A DNA stretch of 64,000 bases from Antedon mediterranea (lineage: Eukaryota; Animalia; Echinodermata): the NCBI RefSeq assembly GCF_964355755.1, contig NC_092675.1:7497812-7561811 (forward strand), written 5' to 3'. Positions 34,703 to 47,900 of the stretch are shown in pieces (the first letter of the stretch is position 1; the number at the start of each line of letters is the position of its first letter). The position numbers were made by a program, and so were the translations under genes. Below the pieces are notes generated by a model that saw only the letters and a program-made list of their open reading frames with translations, searched no databases and had not been told where the DNA came from.

Positions 34703-37700
34703 ATGAAATTATTAATTACTGTGATATTCTTTATCTGCCTAGCTTCTGCAAAAGTAAGTATTTTCCGCATTTTTTCAAGGAGATAGGCTATGATTATCTG
34801 CGTGCTAAAAAAAAACATACCGACGAATGCGCCGACAATTAATGTGAAATCAAAGAGCTTCCACGAGTACTTTTATCATTGTTAAATTAGCTTAACTATC
34901 AGGTTATGAATTAGGGTTGTTTTTGTAATTTTGACTGAACATTCAATTATCACTAACTTCTCATTACATAAAACATATTAAAGCAGTTCCCCCATAACCA
35001 AGGCGTACGTGCGTTACCACCCTTTACCTAAGTGAAACTCCCTGCTAAGTGTAAAGTTGTTTATAGATAGTGAAGCATGGTATATAAGTACTCATATTAG
35101 GCCACTTTACATCATCGTAAATCGTATTAGCGTAAACAAATAAACGATAAACGTGCTTTTTAGTTGTTACACAAGATGCATTGTGTATCAGAATTGCGAA
35201 TAGTACCCGTCAATGTGTAACAAAAGACTTAATTTGGCTGTCTGGCACTTTCCAATCACTTTAATGGGCCTGATAAAAGTAGCCACTGTGCATTTCGAGG
35301 TTGACTATCCGTGGTGCAAGAGATAACCAATTCCTTCTATGAATAAATAATACCAATTGTTTGCATGTACGATGTTTATTCTCTACCGTGTATGATGAAG
35401 GTTTAAACAGGGAGTTGTAGAACTCCCTGGTTTAACAACATTGAGACACGAAGTCAGACTGATCCTCCCGTTTACTTAATTAACAGTTGACAGTTTGGCA
35501 AATGAACTAAAATATGTCATCATCCAAATAATGTATTTTTATATGTAATCATTCTGACTGAATACATTTTTTTTTTAGGCCCATCAAACAAAATTGATAA
35601 AATAACATGATTCTTGGTCAAAGATACGGCGCGACGTGTTATTCGTTAGTATACGTCACACACGTGGGAGATTTTGTATATAAACTTTGGCTGATGTTTT
35701 CAATAATCATTTTGTCTAGCTTGACTTGTGCTTTTAATTATACCCATTAAAACCTCGCATTTGTTGTTGTAATCTTCAAACTATTCATCTCCTTGTAATT
35801 GATATTAAAGGAACTCCCCCTTGTTCAGTCGCCTAGAGATTTGTGCCTTTGAAAGTTTACGATAATTAGCAAATCAGGCACTGTTATTAATTAACCTTAA
35901 ATTTAACCCTTTCATGTTGGCCTACTTTATTTTCCCTCAATGCCAAGCCAGATAAGACTCGTGATTCATGATATGTTAAGAACGTCACGATGTCGTTTAT
36001 TTTTATATGATAACAATTTATGTAAAATTAAAAATTAGGATTTGAATATAAATCTTAATTATTGAATTAGAAATGAGTATCCTATTCATAGAAACTTAAT
36101 AAATAAAATATCCTATTTAAAAGCTACATTTAGTATTACTGTAAATAATGTCAACGTTAAAATCTATTTAAGAGAGTGTAGTTTGTTACGTTACAGATTT
36201 AGGCTATTGTATTGTATATACGTATATCCACTTACACATGTCGTATCAAAATGACCCAATGGTCCTGGGATGGTCACTCCGTCTCAGAAAATGATAAAAG
36301 ATATAAATGTAACAAAATAAGAATTATAATCTAGATACAAATACTATATAAAGCAATTCGTGATTGTTGAGTATATTTCTGATCGAGTGTGTGTTTATGA
36401 AGTTACTCTTAGTCTTATCAGTGAAAAGCATTTTTCTTTTGCAGCTCTGTGATTAATGATTTTTGATCATTTAGTTGTTTCAGAATCACTGTGAAGTCTT
36501 CGGCCATCTTAGATAATGTATTTATTTTAACTTATTTCTCCATGGTCTTATAAAGCTCATAATCAATTTACCAATTGGTAACTTGAGGTCATTTTATAAA
36601 CATTAATTAGCCTTAAAATAAGCTTTTATTGTCCCGCCGGGCCTAGTGGGTGATAATCGTGGTGTTAATTTACACATAAGTTAACACGCTGCGATACACT
36701 ACACTAGGTGTGTTAAAACAAACTAATTTGAAGACTAGTAATATTAGTGTTATGTGTTGATAACTAACACATGCTGTGGCTGTGTGTAAGTTTTTCCGCA
36801 TGGCCAAGTATCGTATGAATCATAATTAATAATCAAAATAATGATATTGTAGCAGTAATGCCATTATCATGGTGTAAATCAATATCAGAAATAAACAACT
36901 GCGTGAGTTAAAAACAAGAGGAAAGCTCAATGATGCATTATTTCTGTTATTATGTGGATTACTCTTACTGTATTTTATTTTCAAATATCTCTAAATGTTG
37001 TGCATACGGTGAAGAAATAAGTAATAATAAATAGGTACTAATAATAGGCCTATAATTAATGCATACATCAACACATTGCCACAGGTTTATATATTGTAGG
37101 CCCACCAATTGCCCTCATGGGTCAAATTAAATTAAAGGCCGCAATTGTAAAGAATGTTTATATGCATTGCAACGCGAGGATGTAAATTGCGCAATGCAAG
37201 TTAGTTGACAAATCACAATCGACAGTGGATCGATCGAGTGTTGGTCAACTTGGATCGATCGAGTGTTGGTCAACTTGGATCGATCGAGTGTTGGGCAACT
37301 AACTTGCGTTGCGCCTAAATCCGCACGGTGTGTCTAAGTGAGAAATCATGCTTAGATATACACCAATATTGTAAATAACAACATTCCGAACCATTTATTT
37401 TTTTAGAGAACGCTTGAAAATGTAGGCTATTTCAGGCCCGTAGCCAGGGGGGGTTTTTATGGTTCGGGCGAACCCCCCCTTTACAGCGAACCCCCCTTAA
37501 CTGACTGCGAACCCCCATCCCCGACATGCCCAATACCTCACCCTCATCTCCAAAAACCAAATACGTGCCCCACAGTACAAAAAGTTGTTCGTAAATTAAA
37601 AAATTCGTAAACTCGTTCGGAATAACTCATACAGTACCTTCTTCCCTGTATGAGCATACTTCGAGTGATATAGTCTGTAAAGAGTTACAAATGAATTGCC

Positions 37701-40700
37701 GATTTTAACATGAAAAACAAATGTTTGGTCCCTGCATGTAACATGATATTGACGCGTCTCACAGCGAGCTGGGGGACGAACGAACGATTCGTACGATTCG
37801 TACAAAGGACACCGCCAGACAACTGCGTACCAATTGTTTAGATCACTGGCAGTCAGGCAGCATGCATAAAGTATATAGCCTTCCGACATACATCAGTATT
37901 TATGTGTGGCTATGAAGTATAATGTATCATAGAGGATTATAGTGAATATTAATATTTTACACTATAATATCTATGGTATCATGTACTGTAGTTCACATTA
38001 TGACATCCGATTATTTTTTTCTATACGTACTCAAATGTATCAATATCACCTATTTACATTAGCATATTTAATTTCCTCAACAAATTGCTGTAAATAAATA
38101 TTATAGATAGAGCTATAATAAGAATTGCATTTGCCTTCACCCAGTGTGCTTTTTTCGGGGCTTCTCCTAGACGTACGTTCGCATTGAACTTGAACGCAAA
38201 AAAAAATATCGAGTAAATGATCAAACAATCGGCGGTTCCGCACAGAGCACGCGCATCTAACATACGGCAACAAGCAACGAGTCCAAGTACGATCGTTTTG
38301 CTCATTGGTAGCATGCTGCATGAGAGTGTCTTTTCCGGCCATCTAGGGGTGTCATTTAACAAAATTTGCTTCGCCTCAGGGGGGGGGGGGGGGTAGGTAC
38401 TGGGGTGGGTAGGTATGGGGGTGGGGGTGACCCAAATACTTAGTGTGCGAACCCCCCCTTGACAGATCCTGGCTACGGCCCTGTATTTGGTGATTTCCAA
38501 AACTAAAATAACAACATTGTGTATGTTTTATTGTTTAGAAGCAAAGGCCGCGTAAATTATCATCTGAACAGGCAAAAGCAGTTCTTGATGAGTTAACATA
38601 TACCAAGGAACAGCAAATATACAACATAAATGATATTAATGACCAACAACTTGGTAAGGAAATCACGAAAGAAGCACAGAGGCAGGTTAAGAATTTCATC
38701 AAAAGTATGTACGATTATTACTTCCGTCAGAATGGCGAGAGGTCATGTGGTCGAGCGCGTGTGTTTGTTTGTTTGTTTCTTTCTATGTTTGTTAGTTGAA
38801 TTGAATTGAATTGGATTGAAATTTATATTTATACTGGGTAACCTCTTCAGTCAAAGACTGGTCTCCCAGAGGGCCCAGTTGGTGATCAGTGGCTGTGATG
38901 TACTAATACACCGGGGTAAACCCCTACTCGTCTCGAAAGATGTAGGCCTACTGGTTCTTTAAAGTGCACACGAGTTAGATGTGTACACTGGACCTACGGT
39001 TTATAGTCCTTATCCGAGAAGACTCGTTCTACCACCAGAACGATGGAGTGAGTGAGCCTCGAACCCCTGCCGTTGTTATGGCTACATCGGTACCGTAGTT
39101 GTTATTAGCAGTATACTAAAAAACCCAATTTTCATAAGATTATGAAGGACGGTTTCGTAGCTATATGGGAATACGTAATGTCATGCATTGGCGAGGTTTG
39201 CGCTCTCTGGAATGCCCTTTCAGTTTCTCATTGATATTGATTGATTAATTATTATCGATTAACTTATTTTTTTTAAAGTCTATTTCATTTAAACGGTGGG
39301 ATGAGTGTTATGGCCACAATAATTATTAGTTGATTTTTTTTTTAGATCCTTGCAGTACCATGAAATGTAACCAAGGACAGATTTGCGCATTAAACGAAAA
39401 CTTCGAACCAACGTGCACATGCGCAGAATTCTGTACTGGTTCGGAAATAGAGACTAACATCTGTGACAGCGCCAACGTAACGTACCCAAGCGAATGCGAG
39501 TTCTATCGTAGAAAATGTCTGACTCCAAAGATATTAGCTGACGTTGAGTTGGACTATTATGGTTCTTGTTTAGGTTCGTATTCCGTATTTTCATTGAACT
39601 GCTGCAAGACGTCCGTTTTAGTCAATTGTATTGCGTAAAAAATACTAATATTTCACTCAATACATATTGAATTTCTTTACAGGAGAATTTTAAATGTTAA
39701 GAGTGTTTCTATTAGCCTAAATGGTTTAAACCTAAGTCCATAGGTTAGATGACTTATTTTTTACACTAAAAGACACTGGTAGCTTTGTTTTATGCGCTTT
39801 GATCGCCTTTTTACACCAACCCATATTATTGTTGTTCTGTATGTTTATTAACTGACCCTACAGATGTTGAGCAGATGTGCTCTCCTTCCGATCTACTGGC
39901 GATGCCCTCTCTGCTGCAACAATGGTTCTACATGGGTATGGGAGAGCTCACGCAACGGGACTCTTTAGAGCTGACAACGGTATCTTTACTTGATTCACCC
40001 CAATCACAGAAGAAAACACCTAAGCGAATGATGAAGTTTCTGAGATACCGATTTAATATGTTGGACGATTCGGCCCCAAACAGGTAAATCAATACAGTTA
40101 CTTTATAACGTACGGTTGGTAAGCATATATGCATTTAAAGGATGATATAGAAAGGTATGGTATTAAGAATAAGATTATAGTGATAGTATTTAGTTAGTAG
40201 TTATAGTAGGCCTACAATGATAGTTGTTCAAGGAAACCGCATCAGTTCGTTTTCCGTACAACATAATAATTGGCAAGATCAAATCTTTGGCAAAGCGACA
40301 GAGTGCGTGCTATTTGTTATTTCAGCTAATGTTGAAGGTAAATATAACTCGAGATTTTAATCAGCTGTTGTCGCGTCACCAATATTTAGATTTTCATGAA
40401 AATCAATAGGCATGGTATGTGACTATTTGGAAAAAGAAAATTTAGGAAGAAATTGAAAATTGTGGACATTTTCGTGCAAACAAACAAACAGATAGATATA
40501 CAAAGCAAGTATTATACTGTATACAAATACATTGCAAGATGTTTGCGAAGTGAAAAGGCTTCTCGCGGTACGCAATGTGGTAGTTTAAAAGCTGTAAGTA
40601 AATTGTATTTTTTTAAATTATTTTCCAGAATGTTAAGTGATTCAGAACTAATCCCGGTCCGTGCTCCGTTAGTTGCCGTCCAGCCTTGTGTTGTCCCTTT

Positions 40701-40770
40701 CCTCAAGTCTTGCGACACTAATGAAGACGGATACATACATATGGACGAATGGCTGGAATGTTTCAAATGA
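34703..40770 (+). CDS. SPARC: SPARC/osteonectin-family secreted protein (signal peptide, follistatin/Kazal domain, EF-hand EC domain), 5 exons, about 251-268 aa
   Basis: Exons 34703-34753 (signal peptide MKLLITVIFFICLASAK), 38539-38704 (or 38653), 39346-39573 (10-Cys FS domain, NVT sequon, LDYYGSC), 39864-40083 and 40629-40770 (ELIPVRAPLVAVQPC..CDTNEDGYIHMDEWLECF, TGA). All 14 SPARC cysteines are present. AATAAA at 40779. Confidence 0.88.
37433..38483. mobile_element. hAT-like non-autonomous DNA transposon in SPARC intron 1
   Basis: TIR CAGGCCCGTAGCCAGG / CCTGGCTACGGCCCTG, subterminal CGAACCCCCC repeats, flanking direct repeat TATTT. Confidence 0.8.
38796..39085 (-). mobile_element. Deu-domain SINE with LINE-type 3' tail
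   Basis: Minus strand TCTCGGATAAGGACTATAAACCGTAGGTCC..GTGCACTTTAAAGAACC..GAGTAGGGGTTTACCCCGGTGT resembles the DeuSINE central domain as I recall it. The tail ends in a stem-loop and (TTCAA)n. Confidence 0.75.
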
Positions 40771-41951
40771 AATTATAGAATAAAACAATTCATTCAAGCG
40801 ATATACTTTGGGGCGTTTGATTTATGATATTGAACGAGTATTCAGTTTTTCAGCTTGTGTTAAAACATTTATGCCCACGTTACGTCTTTTTGTGAATGTT
40901 GGATACGAAGGACGAACGTTAAAACCAACCAAATACAGTGCCGATAAACACGTATGCACAACAGAACAGTTACCGTCTCCTTCCGTTTACCGTAGGCCTA
41001 CCGTAATTTCCTCTATCTAGATAATAGTATTAAACGTAAACGGTATTACGCACACGTTCGTCATGTGGAGTCACTTCACTTCCTTGTTTTGTGACGAAGA
41101 AACACTATGGCACGCGCGTTTAATTACCTTGATTTGTGCTCTTACTATGTGTCCCTTCATTTAGGCCTACACAGGAAGGCTGAAAGTTGCCGGAGAAATG
41201 CTTTTCATCATTTAAATACAGTATATTTACCTAGTCTGAAAACTATTTGATTTTAGGTTAAGTTTTCAATCTGAGCAAAAACGATGGTTTCAAATATGGC
41301 TCCGAGGTAATACAATGTCTTATTAGCTCACGAATGTGATACTATATTAAAACAATTATTTGTTTATTTAAACTTAAAATTAACCTAATTGTTTTGGTAA
41401 ACTTATTAATAATGATAATATGTGAGTACAATTCCGCTGTTTATTACAGGGATATGGCAAAACATCTACTAATAAATTATTATTTAGTTGGTATAGAATC
41501 ATAATAAACCGTTGGTGGCGCTAATTTTCCTATATTGACGCGGGGTGATTTTAATATGATTTTTGGAGTATTTAGGAACATTTTTAATGAGTACCGGCAT
41601 AATTTACTTTACCTACCATGGCAAATGTAACGCTGTGAGAGGGAACAGAAATTAAAACAACAGGATTACTAGACTGTACGGGTAAATACTATACGGAAGC
41701 CCGGTGTAAGATTGAAATGTCTCCTATTGGTTGGCCTAATCAGCCTTACGCGAGCTTATTCATTTATAGCGCCCTCTACACTATTAGTTTTACTGGCCTT
41801 CCTTTTCTTTTATATAATCACTGCATAGTAATTCGCACAGTAAATGTTTACACATCACTGAACGTCTAAGTTTAAGTTAGTCAGTCTAGCGTATACAAAA
41901 CCAACCATTGGTCAACGTCCCAGCTGCGCTACACATAAACAAACAATCGGT

Positions 41952-44900
41952 ATGACGTCTACCCAAGAAACTAAAACAGATGATATAGAAGGAGGAGAGG
42001 CAACAACAAAAATAGGAAAAAACAATCCAGCCTTCGAACTGAATGAAAACACCACTGCTATGGATGAAGTTAACATAGAGACTATAGACCCATGTGGAGA
42101 ACCTAAAAATGTTGAGAATTCGTTTCATAGGTTCTTATCACCAGATCGGCTATGTGCATTCAGCGACGCAGTCTTTACTATCATCATTACTATTATGGTA
42201 AGTTTGTAAAACTATTGTGCAAGATAATACTCAGTTTGTTTCAGTACAGGTGCAGTTACTGTTTGCTGAATTTGAATCTAATCAATTAACTTTTAGAGGT
42301 GGACGGTGGATGTATGACTTTTGTAGTTGAAGTATTGTTATCTCTAGTGCGCAGATTTTGTTATTGCTATTCATAATGTTTGAAGGAGAATTAGCTGCTT
42401 ATAGTTAGTTGCTTGCTTTAGGGACTTCTAGGTCACCACATTGTTTCATTTACAAAAGGGTTAATTAATGAATAAGTAATCGATCCTCCTGAATGAAACA
42501 CTTGGCATTGTAGGCTATTCCTTATAGTGATAAGCCTAATTTATGTATATTTTGATTAGATGAAACTTCCGTTGATTAATACATTGCAGCTTTTTTGATT
42601 ATGGAGGAATTAAGATAGTATTGTATGTTATACCATTCAAATTAACGATGGTTGTACGTCCGACGTGTTGTCAAAGCACAATTCTAATGTATAGCATATA
42701 ATCGATACCAGTCGAACAAAACATTCAGATTACAGATCGGCTACCACCTGATCAAATCAACCAAAATAAATAAACCGAACGTTTAGCTTATTGTACCATG
42801 ATCTACGTATAACGAATATTACTAGAGTGGTACCTTAATTTACTAGTTCAAATTGTATGATTTGATGAAAATCAAATTATAATTTTAGTAATTTAAGTAC
42901 ATTCCTGCTATGGCATATGCTATATTTAGATATAAACAAAAAGGCCTAGATCGTTAATTATAAGCCAAGAAAACCCGTTTAGTAACGAAACCCGAAATAT
43001 ATACCCAGCACTGAAGGAAATAATCAAACAGTTATGTGTATAATTTAATTATATCAGTCGGATCTTGTATAGGCCATCATGTATTTGACTGAACCATTTT
43101 AAAAACAGGGTTGACATTTACATAAAGTATTTAAATATATTCCCACCTCTCTTGACTCCCTATCTAACTCACCAAGCTACTGTATTAATATAGACATTAC
43201 AGAATGACAGGCTGCTATCTTTCAATTAACTAACAATTTTATTAAGAAAGAAGGTTTTCGGGCCATTGAAAAGTGAGTTGACCTGGCAAGAGAGTCGATA
43301 TGAATCACCTAATACAACTTGCCAATTTAAAGGCCAATAAATAATTATCATTGGATTTTAAAACGAGATTACGAATGCTGTGCCTCCCCCCTCCCCCAGG
43401 TGACTATACACCCTCCTAAGAGCGTTCTTAAGCGATTGTGAAGTGCACCTCTTTCCGCACAGTCATCACTACACCAACGTGTACCAACCTTCGTGATCTG
43501 TAAACAGCATTTTAGCTACTCCCATATTGATTAGTATTCGGTATAGGCCTACTAATTTGTATAACGATTGATGGGAGAAATGATGTACTGTATATAGGCC
43601 TTGATTTTGTAACCACAACCATACAAGCCTACATGAAACATGTTTTTAGCCACCTTCCAATTTTTATAAGGATTGATATAGATTCTCATGGTAGCCTACT
43701 CTCACGTGAAACGGGAGAAATAATGTACAGTATAGGCCTAAATTTCGTAAACACAACCATAAACAGGCCTATTGAACCATGCTTTATTTACCTCTCATAT
43801 TGATTAGTATTGAGTATACCAATTTTGTATGAGGATTGATAGGTGTTGGTTTCTCATGCTTAAACTACTCTAAGAAACGGGAGAAATGATGTACTGTAGG
43901 CCTAAAATATTCGTACAACCATAAACAGGCCTATATGAAACATGCTTTTAGCTAACACCCATATTGACTAGAATTGAGTATACTAATTTGTATAAGGATT
44001 GTTAGGTGTTGGTTTCTCATGTTTAACCTACTCTAAACGGGAGAAATGATGTACTGTAGGCCTAAATGTCGTACAAAATGTTCGTACAACCATAAACAGG
44101 CCTACATGAACCATGCTGTTAGCTACCACCCATATTGATTAATAATAGTACTTAGTATACTAATTTGTATTTGTTAAATTGTTATACTATATTTAATTTG
44201 GAATATGGTGTTGGGTTAGCGGCCGGGTTTAACATACGGTACTTCTACACATGAGAAATTGTGTACTGCATGAACAAGTCTAGTCAATCAACACATAATG
44301 TTATAACTGATATTATAGGCATATAATATAATATATCAATAATTAGGATTGTGGTGACGCATGCTTGGTTGATCTGTCATTCATATTTAATAGTATAATT
44401 ATTTAACCAAAAGTTCACAGCGACTGAGTTCTAAAGATAATTCATATCGCGTGTAAACAGTCCTTATTAATAATTAAATATATTTAACACAGTTTCAATG
44501 TTTGAGAATGGACAGGTTTTAAAATGAGAGGAACTGATAACGTAAACACAAGTCTTGTTATTTTATCCTAGTATACACGACAGGCCAGTCTACAATGTTT
44601 GTTATTAAACAATATAACGCACGTTTCTGTATATACCTGGCAGATTTGTATACGCCCCGGGGTAAATCTTGATGTTAAGACAGGACAATTCATAATGCAT
44701 AAAGTAATGAAGATGGTTAATTAGATGCTACTAATTATAATAATCTTTAATTATACCTAATTAAATAGGTTAATTTAGTCCTATGCTTTAGGCCTAAGCA
44801 TGAACATATTTATTCGTTTTAAATAATTGCATGTATCAATTATTTACCGTAATGATTTCATAGAGAAACGCTGTGGCGTATGCCTATAGGACCAAAATAA

Positions 44901-47900
44901 CTGGACAGTGAGAAAAAAATCCAAACTGAAATTAAAGTCAGTTTAGTATAAGAAAATGTATAAGAATATCCAGTACAATCCTCCCTCCCCAATCCCCCCT
45001 CCCCCTCCCCCTCCCCAATCCCCCCTCCCCCGGTAAAATATCCCCTGGACTACCTCTTGGACCACTGTTTCTTTGATGAAATTGAAGCATTTTGTGATGC
45101 CTTTGATTTAAGGTTAAACACAAGTTAAACCAAAGGCATGTGGATATAGGTTCGAATAAAAATAAAATGTTCAAACCTTTGAATATCACCTGGACAATAG
45201 ACATTTTATTATTAATTTAAATTTATCGGAATATGTATAGAAAAGAACTGGGTTGAAAAGATTACCCATTTAGAAAACAATTTACATTTCTGGGAAAGAA
45301 AATTTTTATATTTTTAACCTTTAGCAATATCTTAGATTTTTTTGGGGATCATTGTGAGATAAGTTTAACTTCTAATTTTGATCCCTAAAATGGTCTTATA
45401 TAATTGTTGATTATTGGTTATTGTTATAATATTGTTTATAATGAAAGAAAATGACCATTTCAAAATAAATCTTTTTATTGAACAATAAAACAATATTATA
45501 ATCATTTGATCATTAACAAAAGTATTGCTCTAATATAAGAAATGAAATGGGTTTTGGAGCTAAATGGCAATGATATAAACTAGGATAAAGTTTGGAATAA
45601 CCGTGTAAATTGCATGAAATATAACACAAACATTGCCCAGTTTAATTATAAGTTGTTGCATCGAATTCTACCTCGTAATAAATGATTACAAATCTGGAAA
45701 CTAGCAAGGAGTTTTATATGTGACAATTGTGGTATAAGTATTGGGAATGATGAGCAACATTATTATGTTAGTATTATGTACTGTTGTCCAACCAGTATGG
45801 ATACGATTTAACAAATGAATTGCAAAAAAAAATATTTTCCTGAAATACAAGAGATAACCTTTTAAACACTATTTTGTTGGAACGACAAATAAAGTTGTAA
45901 ATGAACTATTTACTTACTATCTATTGTATTTATAAAAATGTGTTTACAAAAGAAAACAGATAAACGTAAAGATGATGTAAAATTTATTTAGTTATTCTCT
46001 CTTAAAGTTAAATATCAAATTAAAAACTATGAATATGCATTTAACAGAATTACAAGATACAAGATAGTCTACTTTATTGTCAACATTTTACAATTTTGAG
46101 ATATGTTTTGTACCATAATATTAGTAGATAATTAAAGGCAGGATAAGTCTCGAGTAAATACTTTACTTTAGTTTGTTTTAATCTATTATGTTATTATTAA
46201 TATAAGTTTTTTTTTCTTTTGTTAATTGTGGTTACCATAGGCCCATGCATCCTGCATCCAGCCTCCCACCTTAGTGTATATATTTCAGATTCCGCATGGG
46301 AGGTAAACAAAAATTCCCCGTTTATGAGAGCGATGGTCTTTTCAACCGTATATATGATTGCACCAAATAGCAATACAGTAGTTTAAATTTAAATAATAGA
46401 TGAAAATGACTCTGGACAAAGGGTAATCGGGTTTTTTTCCCCCAACCAAAGTGCCCTTATGTATGATTGCACGGAGGGCAACAGGTTATGCTATTTTACA
46501 GTTTTTCCTACCAGTACATTCCAAATAAATGTATAATTATACTTCAGACATATCATTTGAAAAATATAAGACAAACATTTCCATCTGTATCCCTTTTTAC
46601 ATACACGATGTTTCAATGGGTCACTAGCGGGCGTGACCCCAAAATATAATATCGATTTGATTTGTTTCTTTAAAAAACGTTTTCCTTTAACGAATACCAA
46701 ATGAATGTTAATACCACCATGGAAATAATTTAACTCTTCTCTGGTACCACTATAATTAGTTATCTATATATTAGTACAACTAATTAACTCAAAATACAAA
46801 TCGAAGTCCATATTAAAATATGTATTATGTCAGACCATGGTGAAATGATTTATTTAAATAATTCCTCCATGGTCAGGCCGATCGCATCGACGCGGTACAA
46901 CGAAGGATTTTACGGGTTTGTCTTATAGATTAGATTCATTATTTCTTTAATCTAGGGCTATATGCACCGAACGATGTCCGTTTTATTACTCCATGGTTTT
47001 ATACCATGTCTTGAATTCTGATTATGATTGTCATTGACCCAATCACATCGCAATAATTTGTCCTTCAGGTCAAAGGTTAACAATTTAACGCATTTATTCG
47101 ACAATTATCTAATTTGAATGAGATAATCATCAGTTAATTTTTATCGAGTAGAATCGGTTAAACCCCGTTTCCACAGGCAGTTTATTGGTTAATTATCGGT
47201 TAATTTGTATCGATTAATTATCGGTTAATTTTTTACTGCGGAAACACGGCCTATAACGTACCGGATCGCACGCGTATGTAGCCTTGTCGAATGTAACAGC
47301 ATGCGAATGTTTTTACATTCTATCGTATACTGTACTTTTAATAATTCAAACTGCAATAACATTGATATGTTCTGTAATGAGCTTGTTTCTTTTAAAATGA
47401 AGTTCATTGTTCACAAATGAACAAACGTTTAAATACTTGGGACTTACATTTGATGAACAACTCTCATGGAAAGTACATATTGATTCTATATGTGCAAAAC
47501 TATCAAAAATTCTACATCTATTTTATAGATTGAAAAGTTTTACATCTCCTAAAATTATTAAAAGATTATACAATGCTCTATTTTTATCACATATTGACTA
47601 TTGTTCAACAGTCTGGGGTACTGGTTCAAACGCCCATATTTTAAAATTGCAAAGGGTACAAAATAGAGCTGCACGATTAATACTAGGTGCTGATATTCAA
47701 ACTCCTGTTAGACAAATGCATTATGATTTAGGTTGGCTAACAATTAAGACAAGAATTGAATATCATACAATTTGTACAATATTTAGATGTTTACAAGAAT
47801 CTGTACCTTCATACTTATGTGATGTTTTGCAATATATTAGTAGTGTACACAATATTCAAACCAGAAACTATGAAAATAATCTGTTGTATTTGCCCAGATG

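Noticed and set aside
37596-38500. ORFs inside the hAT-like element as a transposase
   Set aside because: No BED finger, DDE or hAT dimerisation motifs recognisable.
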